Part shown: piece by piece, positions 11,501 through 23,500 of the stretch
How positions within the stretch are numbered: position 1 is the first letter of the stretch
How the letters are laid out: the number at the start of each line of letters is the position of its first letter
Translations under genes and position numbers: made by a program
Notes under the pieces: model-generated
Told to the model about the DNA's origin: nothing
Databases searched by the model: none
The model's input: the letters and a program-made list of their open reading frames with translations, nothing else
Origin: Malacoraja senta
Taxonomy: Eukaryota
Length of the DNA: 64,000 nucleotides
Assembly (NCBI GenBank): GCA_038087875.1
Contig: CM075993.1
Location: 2,668,001-2,732,000, forward strand
Direction of reading: 5' to 3'

Positions 11501-14500
11501 ATCAGGCTATTAAACCTGGCTCGGACAAAACTGATTATTAATAGCCCATTATCTGTTATTTTCACTTTATCAGTTTATTTATTCATGTGTGTATATATTA
11601 TATTATGGTATATGGACACACTGACCTGTTTTGTAGTAAATGCCTACTATGTTCTGTTGTGCTGAAGCAAAGCAAGAATTTCATTGTCCTATCAGGGACA
11701 CATGACAATAAACTCACTTGAACTTGAACTTGGATGGAATGTGCTAACAGTGGCAGTGGTTGAGGCAGATATGGTAGTGGCATTTAAGAGACTTTTGGAT
11801 AGGCATATGGATATGCAAGGATATGAACTCCGTGCAGGCAGATAAGAATGGTCAGCATCATGTTTAGCACAGACATTGTGGGCCAAAGGGCCTGTTCTGG
11901 TGCTGTACTGTTCTACGTTCCATATCCTTAATGGTGTAAAGATTAATGGGGCCTTGTTTGTTCAACAAGGTTTCTTTGGAATCTGAACTAAGGTACCTCT
12001 GAACATCTTTTAATCAAACTGGAACTTTTCTAATGAATCAGTCGTGAGCCAATTGTTACTTTTGCAAACATTGGACACTTTCCAAAGCTGGGTGATTTGT
12101 TGTTCAGGTCAATGCATACAAGAGAACCTTATATCAACTTTATCACAGCTCAGCACTTTCTCTTGTGTATTAATGGATGGAAATGAGCAATAGACTTACA
12201 GCTACTTCTGAGGTCAGGACAATGTAGTAATGACCGAGGTGGCACGGTGGCACAGCGGTAGAGTTACTGCCTTGGAGCACTTGCAATGCCAGAGACCTGG
12301 GTTCGATCCCGACTACGGGTGCATATGTACATATAAACATTGTAGAGACAAAGAACTGCAGATGCTTAGAAAGGAACAGCAAATGCCGGTTTGAACCAAA
12401 GATAGATAAAAAAAGCTGGAGTAACTCAGCGGGTCAGACGGCATCTCTGGAGAGAAGGTGACGTATCGGGTCGAGACCCTTCTTCAGACCTGACGAAGGG
12501 TCTCGACCCGAAACGTTACCTATTCCTTTTCTCCAGAGATGCTGCCTGACCCAACTGAGTTACTCCAGCTGTTTGTGTCGAACTGCAGATGCTGGTTTAT
12601 GCCAAAGATCGTCGGGTGAAACCAAAGATGGTTTATACCAAGAGGGAAGAGATCATCGGAGAGCGAGGAGGACCATCAGAGAGCGAGGAGGACCATCGGA
12701 GAGCCGAGGAAGAGCTGTCAGAGAGTGAGGAAGGCCTCTGAGAATGAAGGGGGACCCCTGGCAGTGGTGGGGGAGGGAGGGTGGGGGAGTCGACTGCTTC
12801 CACGTTTGTCGACAGGCAGTAGATAGGTGAACCTTTGTAACCTTGTCGACCCCCACGTTCTATTGGCTCTGTAAGGCAAGCACTGGTCAGGCCACATTTG
12901 GTGTATTGTGAGTATTTTTGGGAACCATATCTGAGGAAGGATGTGCTGGCTCTGGAGAGGGTCCAGAGGAGGTTTACAGTAATGATCCCAGGAATGAGTA
13001 GATTAACCTGTGATGAGCGTTTGTCGGCACTGGGCCTGTACTCACTGGAGTTTAGAAGAATGAGGGGTGACCTCATTGAAACGTACAGAATAGTGAAAGG
13101 CTTGGATAGAGTGGATGTGGAGAGGATGCTTCCACCAGTGGGAGAGGCTGTGACTTCTTGTCCTAAAGAGGTCACAGCCTCAGAATGAAAGGATGCTCTT
13201 TTAGGAAGGAGATGAGGAGGAATTTCTTTAGTCAGAGGGTGGTGAATCTGTGGAATTCTTTGCCACAGAAGGCTGTGGAGGACATGTCAGTGGATAATTT
13301 GAAGGCAGAGATAGATAGATTCTTGATTAGTACGGGTGTCAGAGGTTATGGGGAGAAGGCAGGAGAATGTGGTTGGGAGGGAGAGATAGATCAGCCATGA
13401 TTGAATGGCGGAGTAGACTTGAAGGGCCGAATGGCCTAATTCTGCTCCTATCACTTATAATCTTATGAAAACGTGGCGACACTTGTGTACTGCCTAGATG
13501 ATTTTATTGGGTCGTATGCAAAATAACCTAAGTTGAGGTCGATATATGCAAAGAATTTTCTGCAACATAAACATGGTTTCTCTGGGGAAATCCTGAGATG
13601 AATGGATAGAAGTTTGGGTGTTGACTCTTCCCAAAAATAGACAGCATTAAAATGCTGAAAAAGTTCAGCCAAAACTGCTGATGCAGGAAACCTGAATGAA
13701 AACAAAAAATCCAAGGGATATTCAGCAAGTTAAGCAGTGTTGGAGGGGAGAGAGGCGGGGAGAGAGAGGGACGGGGAGAGAGGGGGATGGAGAGAGAGGG
13801 GGATGGAGAGAGAGGGGGACGGAGAGAGAGAGGGAAGGAGAGAGAGAGGGACAGGGAGAGAGAGGGATGGAGAGAGAGAGAGAGGGAAGGAGAGAGAGAG
13901 GGACAGGGAGAGAGAGGGATGGAGAGAGAGGGGGATGGAGAGAGGGGGATGGAGAGAGAGGAGAGAGAGGGAGAGGGGCGGAGAGAGAGAGGACAGAGAG
14001 AGCGAGGGAGGGACGTAAAGAGGGACGGGGAGAGGGATGAGGGGGAGAGGGAGAGGGACGGGGGAGGGGGTTTTAGATGCGTTTAAAAAACTTTTAGGGA
14101 CATAGATATGCATGAAATGGAGGATTATTGATCATGTGTAGGCAGGTGAGATTAGTTTACCTTGGGGTCATGTCTGAAGAAGGGTTTCGTCCCGAAACGT
14201 TGCCTATTTCCTTCGCTCCATAGATGCTGCTGCACCCGCTGAGTTTCTCCAGCATTTTTGTCTACCTTCAGCGCAGACATTGTGGGCTGAAGGGCCTGTT
14301 CCTGTGCTGTACCATTCTATGAAAGCCAGTAACTGTGGCCCAGTGACGCAGCAGTAGCGTTGTAGCCTCACAGCGTAGAAACAGGCCCTTCGGCCCATTG
14401 TGTCCGCACCGACCAGCGATCACCCGTACGCTAGCACTATGCTACACGCTAGGGACAATTAACAATTTACAGAAGCTAATTAACTTACAAGCCTGTACGT

Positions 14501-17500
14501 CTTTAGAATGTGGGAGGAAACCAGAGCACACGGAGAAAACCCACAAGGTCACGGGTGGAACGCGCAAAGTCTGTACAGGCAGCATCCCTAGTCAGCATCG
14601 AACCCGGGACTCTGGCGCTGTGAGGCAGCAACTCTACCGCTGCGCCACCCTGCCGCCCGTGTTTGTAGCAGGCTTTTGAACTGTGTAGCTCCGTATTGCA
14701 TTGAAACGCAGCATCTCACGAGGCAAGAGGCTGAACAGGTTTGAAGAGACGAAGGGAAGAGAAATTGCCTCGAAATTCACCTCCCCCCCTCACCCCTCCC
14801 ACTCCACTCCCCCCAGAAACATATCACTTAACTTTCAATGCAACGAGTGGGGGGATCGACCTGCATCTGCAGACTTCATTGAATTTTGAGGAGATGCTTG
14901 GACAATGCTGTGGCACTGAGGATGGGATACATTTCCCAGCAGTTCTCACTTTTACAGGGAATCCAAAACAGTGAGTTGTAAAGGGCCTGTCCCACTTACC
15001 CGATTTTTTTCGGCGACTGCCGGCACCCGTCATAGTCGCAGCAGGTGGCCGAAAACGTTCAACATGTTGAAAATCCAGCGGCGACCAGAACAAGGTACGA
15101 CTCTTTGGGCGACTACTCACGGCCGTACAGGCTTCACCCCGCGACATGTCGATGATCAAACTCAAATGGAGAACGGAAGAGATTTTGTCGACAGATGTGG
15201 TGAATGATTGCAGGGGGAGGCCAGTAGGGGGCATTGGCTGGATGGGCCGAATGGCCTGCTTCTGTGCTGCAAACTCTGTGTAATTCTCGGAGAAATATAA
15301 AGTTCAAATTGTGCATTAGAAAAGTTTCTCAAGTTAAATAAACTTTTCCCTCTGCTGTTTAGTCTGCAGCAGACGTGGTTTTGATGCAACATAATTGTAC
15401 TCGTTGTTCTGTTGGGACATAATCAGTCTAGGTGCAAAATACTAGAGAACAACACTAACTCTGTAAAACCTCCAGAGAGGACCTTGCACTTGAAGCTGCA
15501 TGTTAAATATTACGTCCCATTGAAGCACAGGGTGGGAGAGAGAAGTGAGAGGGAGTGAGAGAGAAGGGAGAGAGATGTAGAGAGAGAAGGGAGGGAGGGA
15601 GGAGAGAGAGAGAAGGGAGAGAGGGAGGGAGGGAGAGAGGGAAGGGGAGGTAGGGAAGAGAGGGGGAAAGAAGAGGGGGAGGGAGAGCAGGAGAGGGGAG
15701 TGGGAAGGAGGGAGGAGAGGGGAGAAAGAGGGGAGGGGAGAGGGTGGGAGGGGAGAGGGAGGGAGGGGAGAGGGGGAACAGCATACTGAGAGGCAAAACT
15801 CAAAGGGAAGCAGAGGGAGAGAGAGAGAGAGAGGGGGGAGCGACGGAGATATGCGGAGAGACTGAGCAATAGAGAGAGGAGAAGTGAGAGAGGGGGAAAA
15901 GGCTAGGGTGGCGGGGGTGAGGGAGAGAGGACGAGAGAGCGAGCTGGCCTGAATCCTAGGAGAGCCAAGAGAGCAGCAGTGAGACCAGCCCAACAATATA
16001 TTACAGCGTGTGTCTGTTTTTCCAGGGGAGCTGTGCGGCTGATCTGTACCGACACCCACAGCTCGATGCAGACATTGAGGCGTTGAAGGAAATTTATGGA
16101 GAGAATTCTGTCTCTGTCAGGTAAGTATTTAACGTTCTCATTTTTTCCAAGTCTTGCGGAACTGATGGCAGTTTTTACTACGGTGATTTACAAGTCTGAC
16201 ATTCTGCCTGTCATTTTCTTTAGGGAATAGAATTCTGAAAACAGAGAGAGAAAAGAAAGAGAGATGACTTAATTCGTTATTTAGCTTCAGTTTTGTTTTC
16301 TTCTCGATCCTGGCTTCCAAGTTTCATTTCATTAGCTAGAAGGATGGAATATTGCGGGATGTCGATTTTCCCCACTGCTGCCATCATTGCTGCTTTTCTA
16401 ATTACCACTGCAGTATGGGACTGGCCCTGTTAGTTTTACCTTTCCTTCCGTCCAAAGATGCAGTGTGCTAACCTGCAAAAGATGCAGCCCTTGCCGGTGT
16501 GAAGTCTGGTTAAAACTTTGTCAAACTTATACCCTCTCAACAGGGTTTCAAACCTGCACCGACACATTATTTATCTTTTCTTCTTGAATGTGTTTGTATA
16601 TTTTCCAAGCAGGCGTGGATTAGTTTCACCATCCTTAACCACTGTGGATCCCACGGAGGGAATGTGGTGCTGGGGAGATGCAATGGTGTGTTAAGAAATA
16701 ATGCAGGAAATAATGGCAAGAGCCAGTTCCCTTCGGCCTCCAACCCCACTCCTGGATGTTCTGTGTGAGATTTGTCAGAGGGTTTTTGAGACATAACATT
16801 TGTAAAAGAAAAAAGGGTGGCGCAGCGGGAGAGTTTCTGCCTCTCAGCACCAGAGACCAGGGTTCGATCCCGACTGAGGGTGCTGTCTGTTTGGAGTTTG
16901 CACGTTCTGCCTGTCTAATAGTCTATTATTACTATTGCGCACTTTATCTGTTTATTTATTGTGTATATATATATATGGTGTATAGACACACTGAACTTTT
17001 ATCTCCCGTTCTGTATTATGTTTACATATTCTGTTGTGCTGCAGCAAGTAAGAATTTCATTGTCATGTGTCCCAGATAGGACAATAAAACTCTCTTGACT
17101 CTTGAGCGTGTGGGATTTCTCCGGGTGTTCCGGTTTCCTCCCACATTCCAAAGACGTGCAGGATTGTAGGTTAATTGGCTTCTGTAAATTGTCCCTAGTG
17201 TGTGTAGGATAGAACTAGTGTACCATTGATGGACGTGGACTTAGAGGGCTGAAGGGCCTGTTTCTACGCTGTATCACTAAACTAAAATATCGGGCCACTT
17301 AAATCAAAGATGCTTACACCTTTTGTTCTGGTTTAACTGCTCCCTTCATTCCTTTTTACAATTACAATTAATCATTTGGGATATACGAGTATATTCTTAA
17401 AGTACATCTATCAAATATTGTATTGTGTGTTTTTCACTAGAAGGGGCCTTTAAGAACAATAGTTTAGTTTAGTTTAGACATAAAGCACAAAAACAGGCCC

Positions 17501-20500
17501 TTCAGCCCACAGAGTCTGCGCTGACCAGCGATCCCCATACCCACTAGCACTAGCCTACACACACTAGGAACAATTTACAATCTTTACCAAAGCCAAGTAA
17601 CCTACAAACCTGTACGTCTTTGGAGTGTGGGAAGAAACCAGAGCACCCGGGAAAGTTCTACGCGGTCACGGGGAGAACGTACAAACTCCGTACACACTGC
17701 ACCCGTAGTCAGGATTGAACCCAGGTCTCTGGTGCTGTAAGGCAGCAACTTTACCGCTGCGCCACCGTGCGGTAGAGCACCAGAGCAGGTTAGTGCTGTT
17801 AATGTACTGGTTAAGAGAAACAGTATGTCTTGACCCTTTAGCCCTCAGTACATCTTCTCAGCAGCACTTCTTCCCCGTCCCTAACAGACCAAAGGCAAAG
17901 AGGTTGTTAATGCACCTGTAACTACTCTACATTGGCATGTATAGGAAGGAACTGCAGCTGCTGGTTGAGACCGAAGGCAGACACAAAAATGCTGGAGTAA
18001 CTCAGCGGGACAGGCAGCATCTCTGGAGAGAAGGAATGGGTGACGTTTCAGGTCGAGACCCATCTTCAGTCTGGAGAAAGGTCTCAAGCCGAAAAGTCGC
18101 CCATTCCTTCTCTCCAGAGATACTGCCTGACCCGCTGAGTTACTCCAGCATTTTGTGTCTATCTTCTCTACAATGGCATAATGTTTCTCGGGTAAATTTA
18201 AGCTGACATTCATTGTTTGTATATTTAATGCAGAGATCCATAACTTGTTTTGGATGTTAAGGAAATGCAGGGATATGGAATTAGGACAAGAAAGTGACAC
18301 TGAGATTAAAAATCTGTTGATTTTATTGTGTAAAAAGGAACTGCAGATGCTGGTTTAAACCGAAGATAGATACAAAAAGCTGGAGTAACTCAGCGGGACA
18401 GGCAGCATCTCTGGAGAGAAGGAATGGGTGACGTTTCGGGTCGAGACCCTGATCTGATTCGGGTCTGAGGAAGGGTCTCGACCCGAAACGTCACCCATTC
18501 CTTCTCTCCAGGGATCCTGCCTGTCTCGCTGAGTTAATCCAGCTTTTTGTAACTGTCTGCTGATTTTATTGAATGTGTGTTTATCGAATGAGGTGTCAAC
18601 ATAGATTAAAAGATTCTACCACTGCATAGTGTAAGAAAGAACTGCAGATGCTGGAAAAATCGAAGGTAGACAAAAATGCTGGAGAAACTCAGCGGGTGAG
18701 GCAGCATCTATGGAGGGAAGGAATAGGTGACGTTTCGGGTCGAGACCCGAAACGTCACCTATTCCTTCGCTCCATAGATGTTGCCTCACCCGCTGAGTTT
18801 CTCCAGCATTTTTGTCTACCACTGCATAGAGTCATCCAGCCCTGCAATAGTGTCTTCATCCAACTGGCTGGAGAATGAGGATGTCATTGTGTTGGAGGCC
18901 GATACGAAAGTGGCGTTTAAGAGGCTTTTAGATAGGTGGGTTTAGATACCATTTGCCGATACGACTCCCTGCTTCACTCATCCCTTCCCACCCAAATTGG
19001 CATGACTCCAGCTGACACACAGGGGAGAGGGGGTTGGGGGGACGAAGTAGGAGGAAGGGGTCTGAAGTTAACTTAAATTGGAGAACTCAACGTTCATACA
19101 GCTGGGTTGTAAGCTACCCCGTGGAATATAAGATGCTGTTCCTCCAGTTTGAGGAATTCCTTCGTTCCATAGATGCTGCCTCACCCGCTGAGTTTCTCCA
19201 GCATTTTTGTCTACCACTGCATAGAGTCATCCAGCCCTGCAATAGTGTCTTCATCCAACTGGCCCATGCTGACCAAGATGCCCCATCTACACCAGTCCCA
19301 CCAGCCCGCATTTGGCTTATACCCCTCTAAACCATTCCTATCCATGTACCTGTCCAAATGCCTTTTGTGCTTCTTCCGTTCCCGACGGAAAGGAATTAAA
19401 CGAAAGCAAGGACGCAAGGGACTGCAAATGCCGGAAGAAGATAAAAGAAACTGCAGATGCTGGTTTAAAAAAAAAAAAGACACAAAGTGCTGGAGTAACT
19501 CAGCAGATCAGGCAGCATCTCTGGGGAACATGGATCGGTGATGTTCAGGATTGGGATCTTTCTTCAGATGAGAGTAGATCTGTCTCTGAATGAAAGTAAT
19601 TCAACTTGGTTGCCACATTAAAGGAAGTGCATGCTTTCACTGGAGCAAGTTCGGAGTGGATTCATGTGGGTGTTACCAGGAGCAGAACATCTCAGATATA
19701 AGGAGAGGCTGGACAGTCTGGGTTTGTTTGACTTGCAGCAGAGGAGGCTGTAGGGAGTAGCTCATACAGGTGTACAAAGTACTGAGGTATATACAGGATT
19801 AGGATAGGTGTAGCCTCGCTTCTAATTCATGATCATGGCGTTAAGCAAAGTAGAAACAGCCCCCATGTCCCAACATGTCCATACTGACCACCAAGCAGCT
19901 ATCTGTGGTGGTTCCATTTACCACCACTTGGTCAGTAGACTCCTATGTCTAGTCGATCCAAGTACTTGTCTTGACTAGTCAGAATCTTTCTGATTCAGTT
20001 TGATTTCGCTAAAGAGTCACAGTCATACCACATGGAAACAGGCCCTTCGGCCCGACTTGCCCACACCGACCAACAGGTCCCATCTACGCGAGTCCCACCT
20101 GCCTGCGTTTGGCGCATAATTGCTAGATTTCTATTGATATATTTTTGTTTTTCCTGACTTTGGATATAAATGGATAAGGAGTCTAGATGCTTGATGATGT
20201 TTGGATGCACGTCAACTGTAATCAGGAGTCTGGAGAAGGGGCCTGACCCAAAACATCATCTATCCACATCCTATGGGGATGCTGCCTGACCGCTGAGTTA
20301 CTCCAGCACTTTGTGTTCTGTGCAAGATTCCAGCATCTGCAGTTCCTTGTGTCTCAACATTAATCTAATTGAATGGTGCCTCGGTCTCAGAGCTCTTTTT
20401 GCAACTTAATATATCCTAATATTAATGATTCTGAAGAAGGGTCTCGACCCGAAACGACACCCGTTCCTTCTCTCCAGAGATGCTGCCTGTCCCGCTGAGT

Positions 20501-23500
20501 TACTCCAGCATTTTGTATCTTATCTTCGGTTTAAACCAGCACCTGCAGTTCCCTCCAACACATTCTTCTTCTTCTTGCGTGTGGCGTGCACAGCCTAAAG
20601 TTGCAGGACAACTTGTTCTATTTGATCTTATTTGACTGTGCATGCCGGGTTGATTGCATTCGTGGAAATGTGAAGGTTGCAATCTCCCACCCCTCCTACA
20701 CATTTAATATATAATGGACCGTAATTGAAACAGATGAAAGTTAGGCTGCGACTTACCTATCCTAAATACTTATTTCCACAGAGAATATGGAACGATTGAT
20801 GATGTGGATGTGGACCTCCACATTAACATGAGCTTTCTTGATGTAAGTAGCAGCTCATTTGACTTAAATTGGATTCACAAGATAGACGTAAAAGATCAAC
20901 GTGCATGAATAATATCAATGGAAGCAGAGTATGGTTGTAATATTGCAATTATTTAACCTACATGTGACAATGCAGTTTATATATAATTTTATGTTGGTTT
21001 GGTGAAATTGTGTCTAACATATGTCTATTTTTTCTTGCAAGTGCCAATCCTGCTTGTTGTGGCAATTTGCTATGCCACATGTTGCTAACAACAGGCTCTG
21101 CTGTAATAACGCAGGTTCCTCACTGATTGTGGGACTGTTTTATCTAGAGCCTACTACCAGGGGAGGTGGTGGAACAGATACAGTAGCTATGTTTAAGAGG
21201 CATTTAGACAGACCCATCAATGTTGGTGAGGAATGCATTTAGAGTATTGTGTTCAGTTCTGGGCACCATGTTACAGGAAAGATGTTAAGTTGGAAAGGGT
21301 GCAGAGAAGGATGTTGCCAGGACTCGAGGTTCTGAGCTATAAGGAGAGGTTGATTAGGCTGGGACTCTATTCCTTGGAGCACAGGGGTGATCTTATAGAG
21401 GTGTATAAAATCATTAGAGGAATAGATCAGGTGGACGCACAGAGTCATGGAGTGACCCACCAAATCCATGTTCACCAAACACTAACTAGCCTTTGCACTA
21501 ATTCTACACTAATCCCATTTGGTTTTCCCGGCATTCCCAGATTCTACCAACATCCTGCGGTAAAAAAACAACCCACCCGCACGCCTCTGGGACGTGGGAG
21601 GAAACTGGAACCCACGTGGTCACAGGAAGAACGTGCAGACTCCACAAAGGCAGAACCCGAGGTCAGGATTGAACCTGGGTTGCTGGAGCTGTGAGGCCGC
21701 ATCTCTAGTGACTGCGCCACTGTGTTGACTTTGGAGAGGTGCAGTGAGGTTTACCAGAACGTTGCCTGGATTAGGGGGTCGCATCTGCAGAGAGAGATTG
21801 GACAAGCATGGATTAGATTCTCTGGAATGCAGGAAGTTGACTTGAGATCTAATGGAAGGATATAAAACTATGAGAGGCAGATGCTAGGGTAGCTCCTTTT
21901 CCCCCAGGGTGGAAATATCAAAGACGAGGATGCCTAGCTTTAAAGATGAGAGGTGGCCAGTTTACAACACTTTATGTGGTGAGTTCCTGGAACGAGCTGC
22001 CAGGCCCTTTGGCCCATCGCCCCCACCGGCCAACATGTCCCAGCTACACTAGTCCCACCTGCCTCCACTTGGCCCATTTCCCTCCAAACCTGTCCTACCC
22101 ATGTACCTGTCCAACTGTTTCTTAAACGTTGGGATAGTCCCAGCCTTAACGTACAAAATTCTTATGGGGTTGGACAGGCTAGATGCAGGAAGATTGTTCC
22201 CGATGTTGGGGAAGTCCAGGACAAGGGGTCACAGCTTAAGGATAAGGGGGAAATCCTTTAAGACCGAGATGAGGAAAAACTTTTTCACACAGAGAGTGGT
22301 GAATCTCTGGAACTCTCTGCCACAGAGGGTAGTTGAGGCCAGTTCATTGGCTATATTTAAGAGGGAGTTAGATGTGGCCCTTGTGGCTAAAGGGATCAGG
22401 GGGTAGGGAGAGAAGGCAGGTACGGGATACTGAGTTGGATGATCAGCCATGATTATATTGAATGGCGGTGCAGGCTCGAAGGGCCGAATGGCCTACTCCT
22501 GCACCTATTTTCTATGTTTCTATGTTTCAACTACCTCCTCTGGCAGCTTGTTCCATACACCCACCACCACTTTGTGTGAAAGGTGCTGGTGGCATTTTAA
22601 AAGGCTTTTAGATAGGCACGTGGATGTGCAGAATATGGAGGGATATGGATCATGTGCAGGCAGATGAGATCAGTCTTGGTATCTTGGCTCAGCATGGACA
22701 GCGTGGGCCGAGGGGCCTGTTTCTGTTCAGCCTCAACCTCCAGTGCCCATGGGAAAAGGATGGAAATAAAAGTGATCATGTCGGTAGGGGAAGTATAAAA
22801 AGCTTGCTGGGAGTAAAATAAGTAAGTGGGCCAACTCTGTAAGATCTCTACTTTCCTTAGGGATTTTGGCTTGGTTTGTTGCTTGGTTAGTTCCGTTTTT
22901 AGTTTGGAGATACAGTGCGGAAACATGGCCCTCGTCCCACCAAGTCTGCACCGACCAGGCTGTTCAGATGAGAGCGATAGATGCCTGGAATGCAGTGCCT
23001 GGGAAAGTGGTGGCAGCAAATGAAACGCCAATGTTTAAGAGGCATTTGGACAGGGTCACAAACAGGGAACACAAACCACATTCAGACAGATGTGCAGTTA
23101 AATTTGACATCATGGCCGGCAGAGACATGATGGGCCAAAGGGCCTGTTCCTGCACTGTGCTGTTCTACCTTTGAGATTAGTTTTTAGTTTAGTTTAGGGA
23201 TACAGCGAGGAAACAGGCCCTTCGGCCCAGCGAGTCTGCACCGACCAGCGATCCCCGCACATTAGCACTGCCCTACACACACTAGGGACAATTTTTACAT
23301 TTACACCTAGCCAATTAACCTACAAACCTGTACGTCTTTGGAGTGTGGGAGGAAACTGGAAATTCCAGAGAAAACCCACACAGGTCACGGGGAGAACGTA
23401 CAAACTCCATACAGACAGCACCCGCAGTCGGGATCGAACCCGGGTCTCTGGCGCTGTTCGGCAGCAGCTCTACCCGCTGCGCCACAGTGCCGCGGTTTGC

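Noticed and set aside
13696..16059. Glu/Arg/Gly-rich and Leu/Ser/Pro-rich ORFs
   Set aside because: Derived from GA-rich low-complexity tracts.
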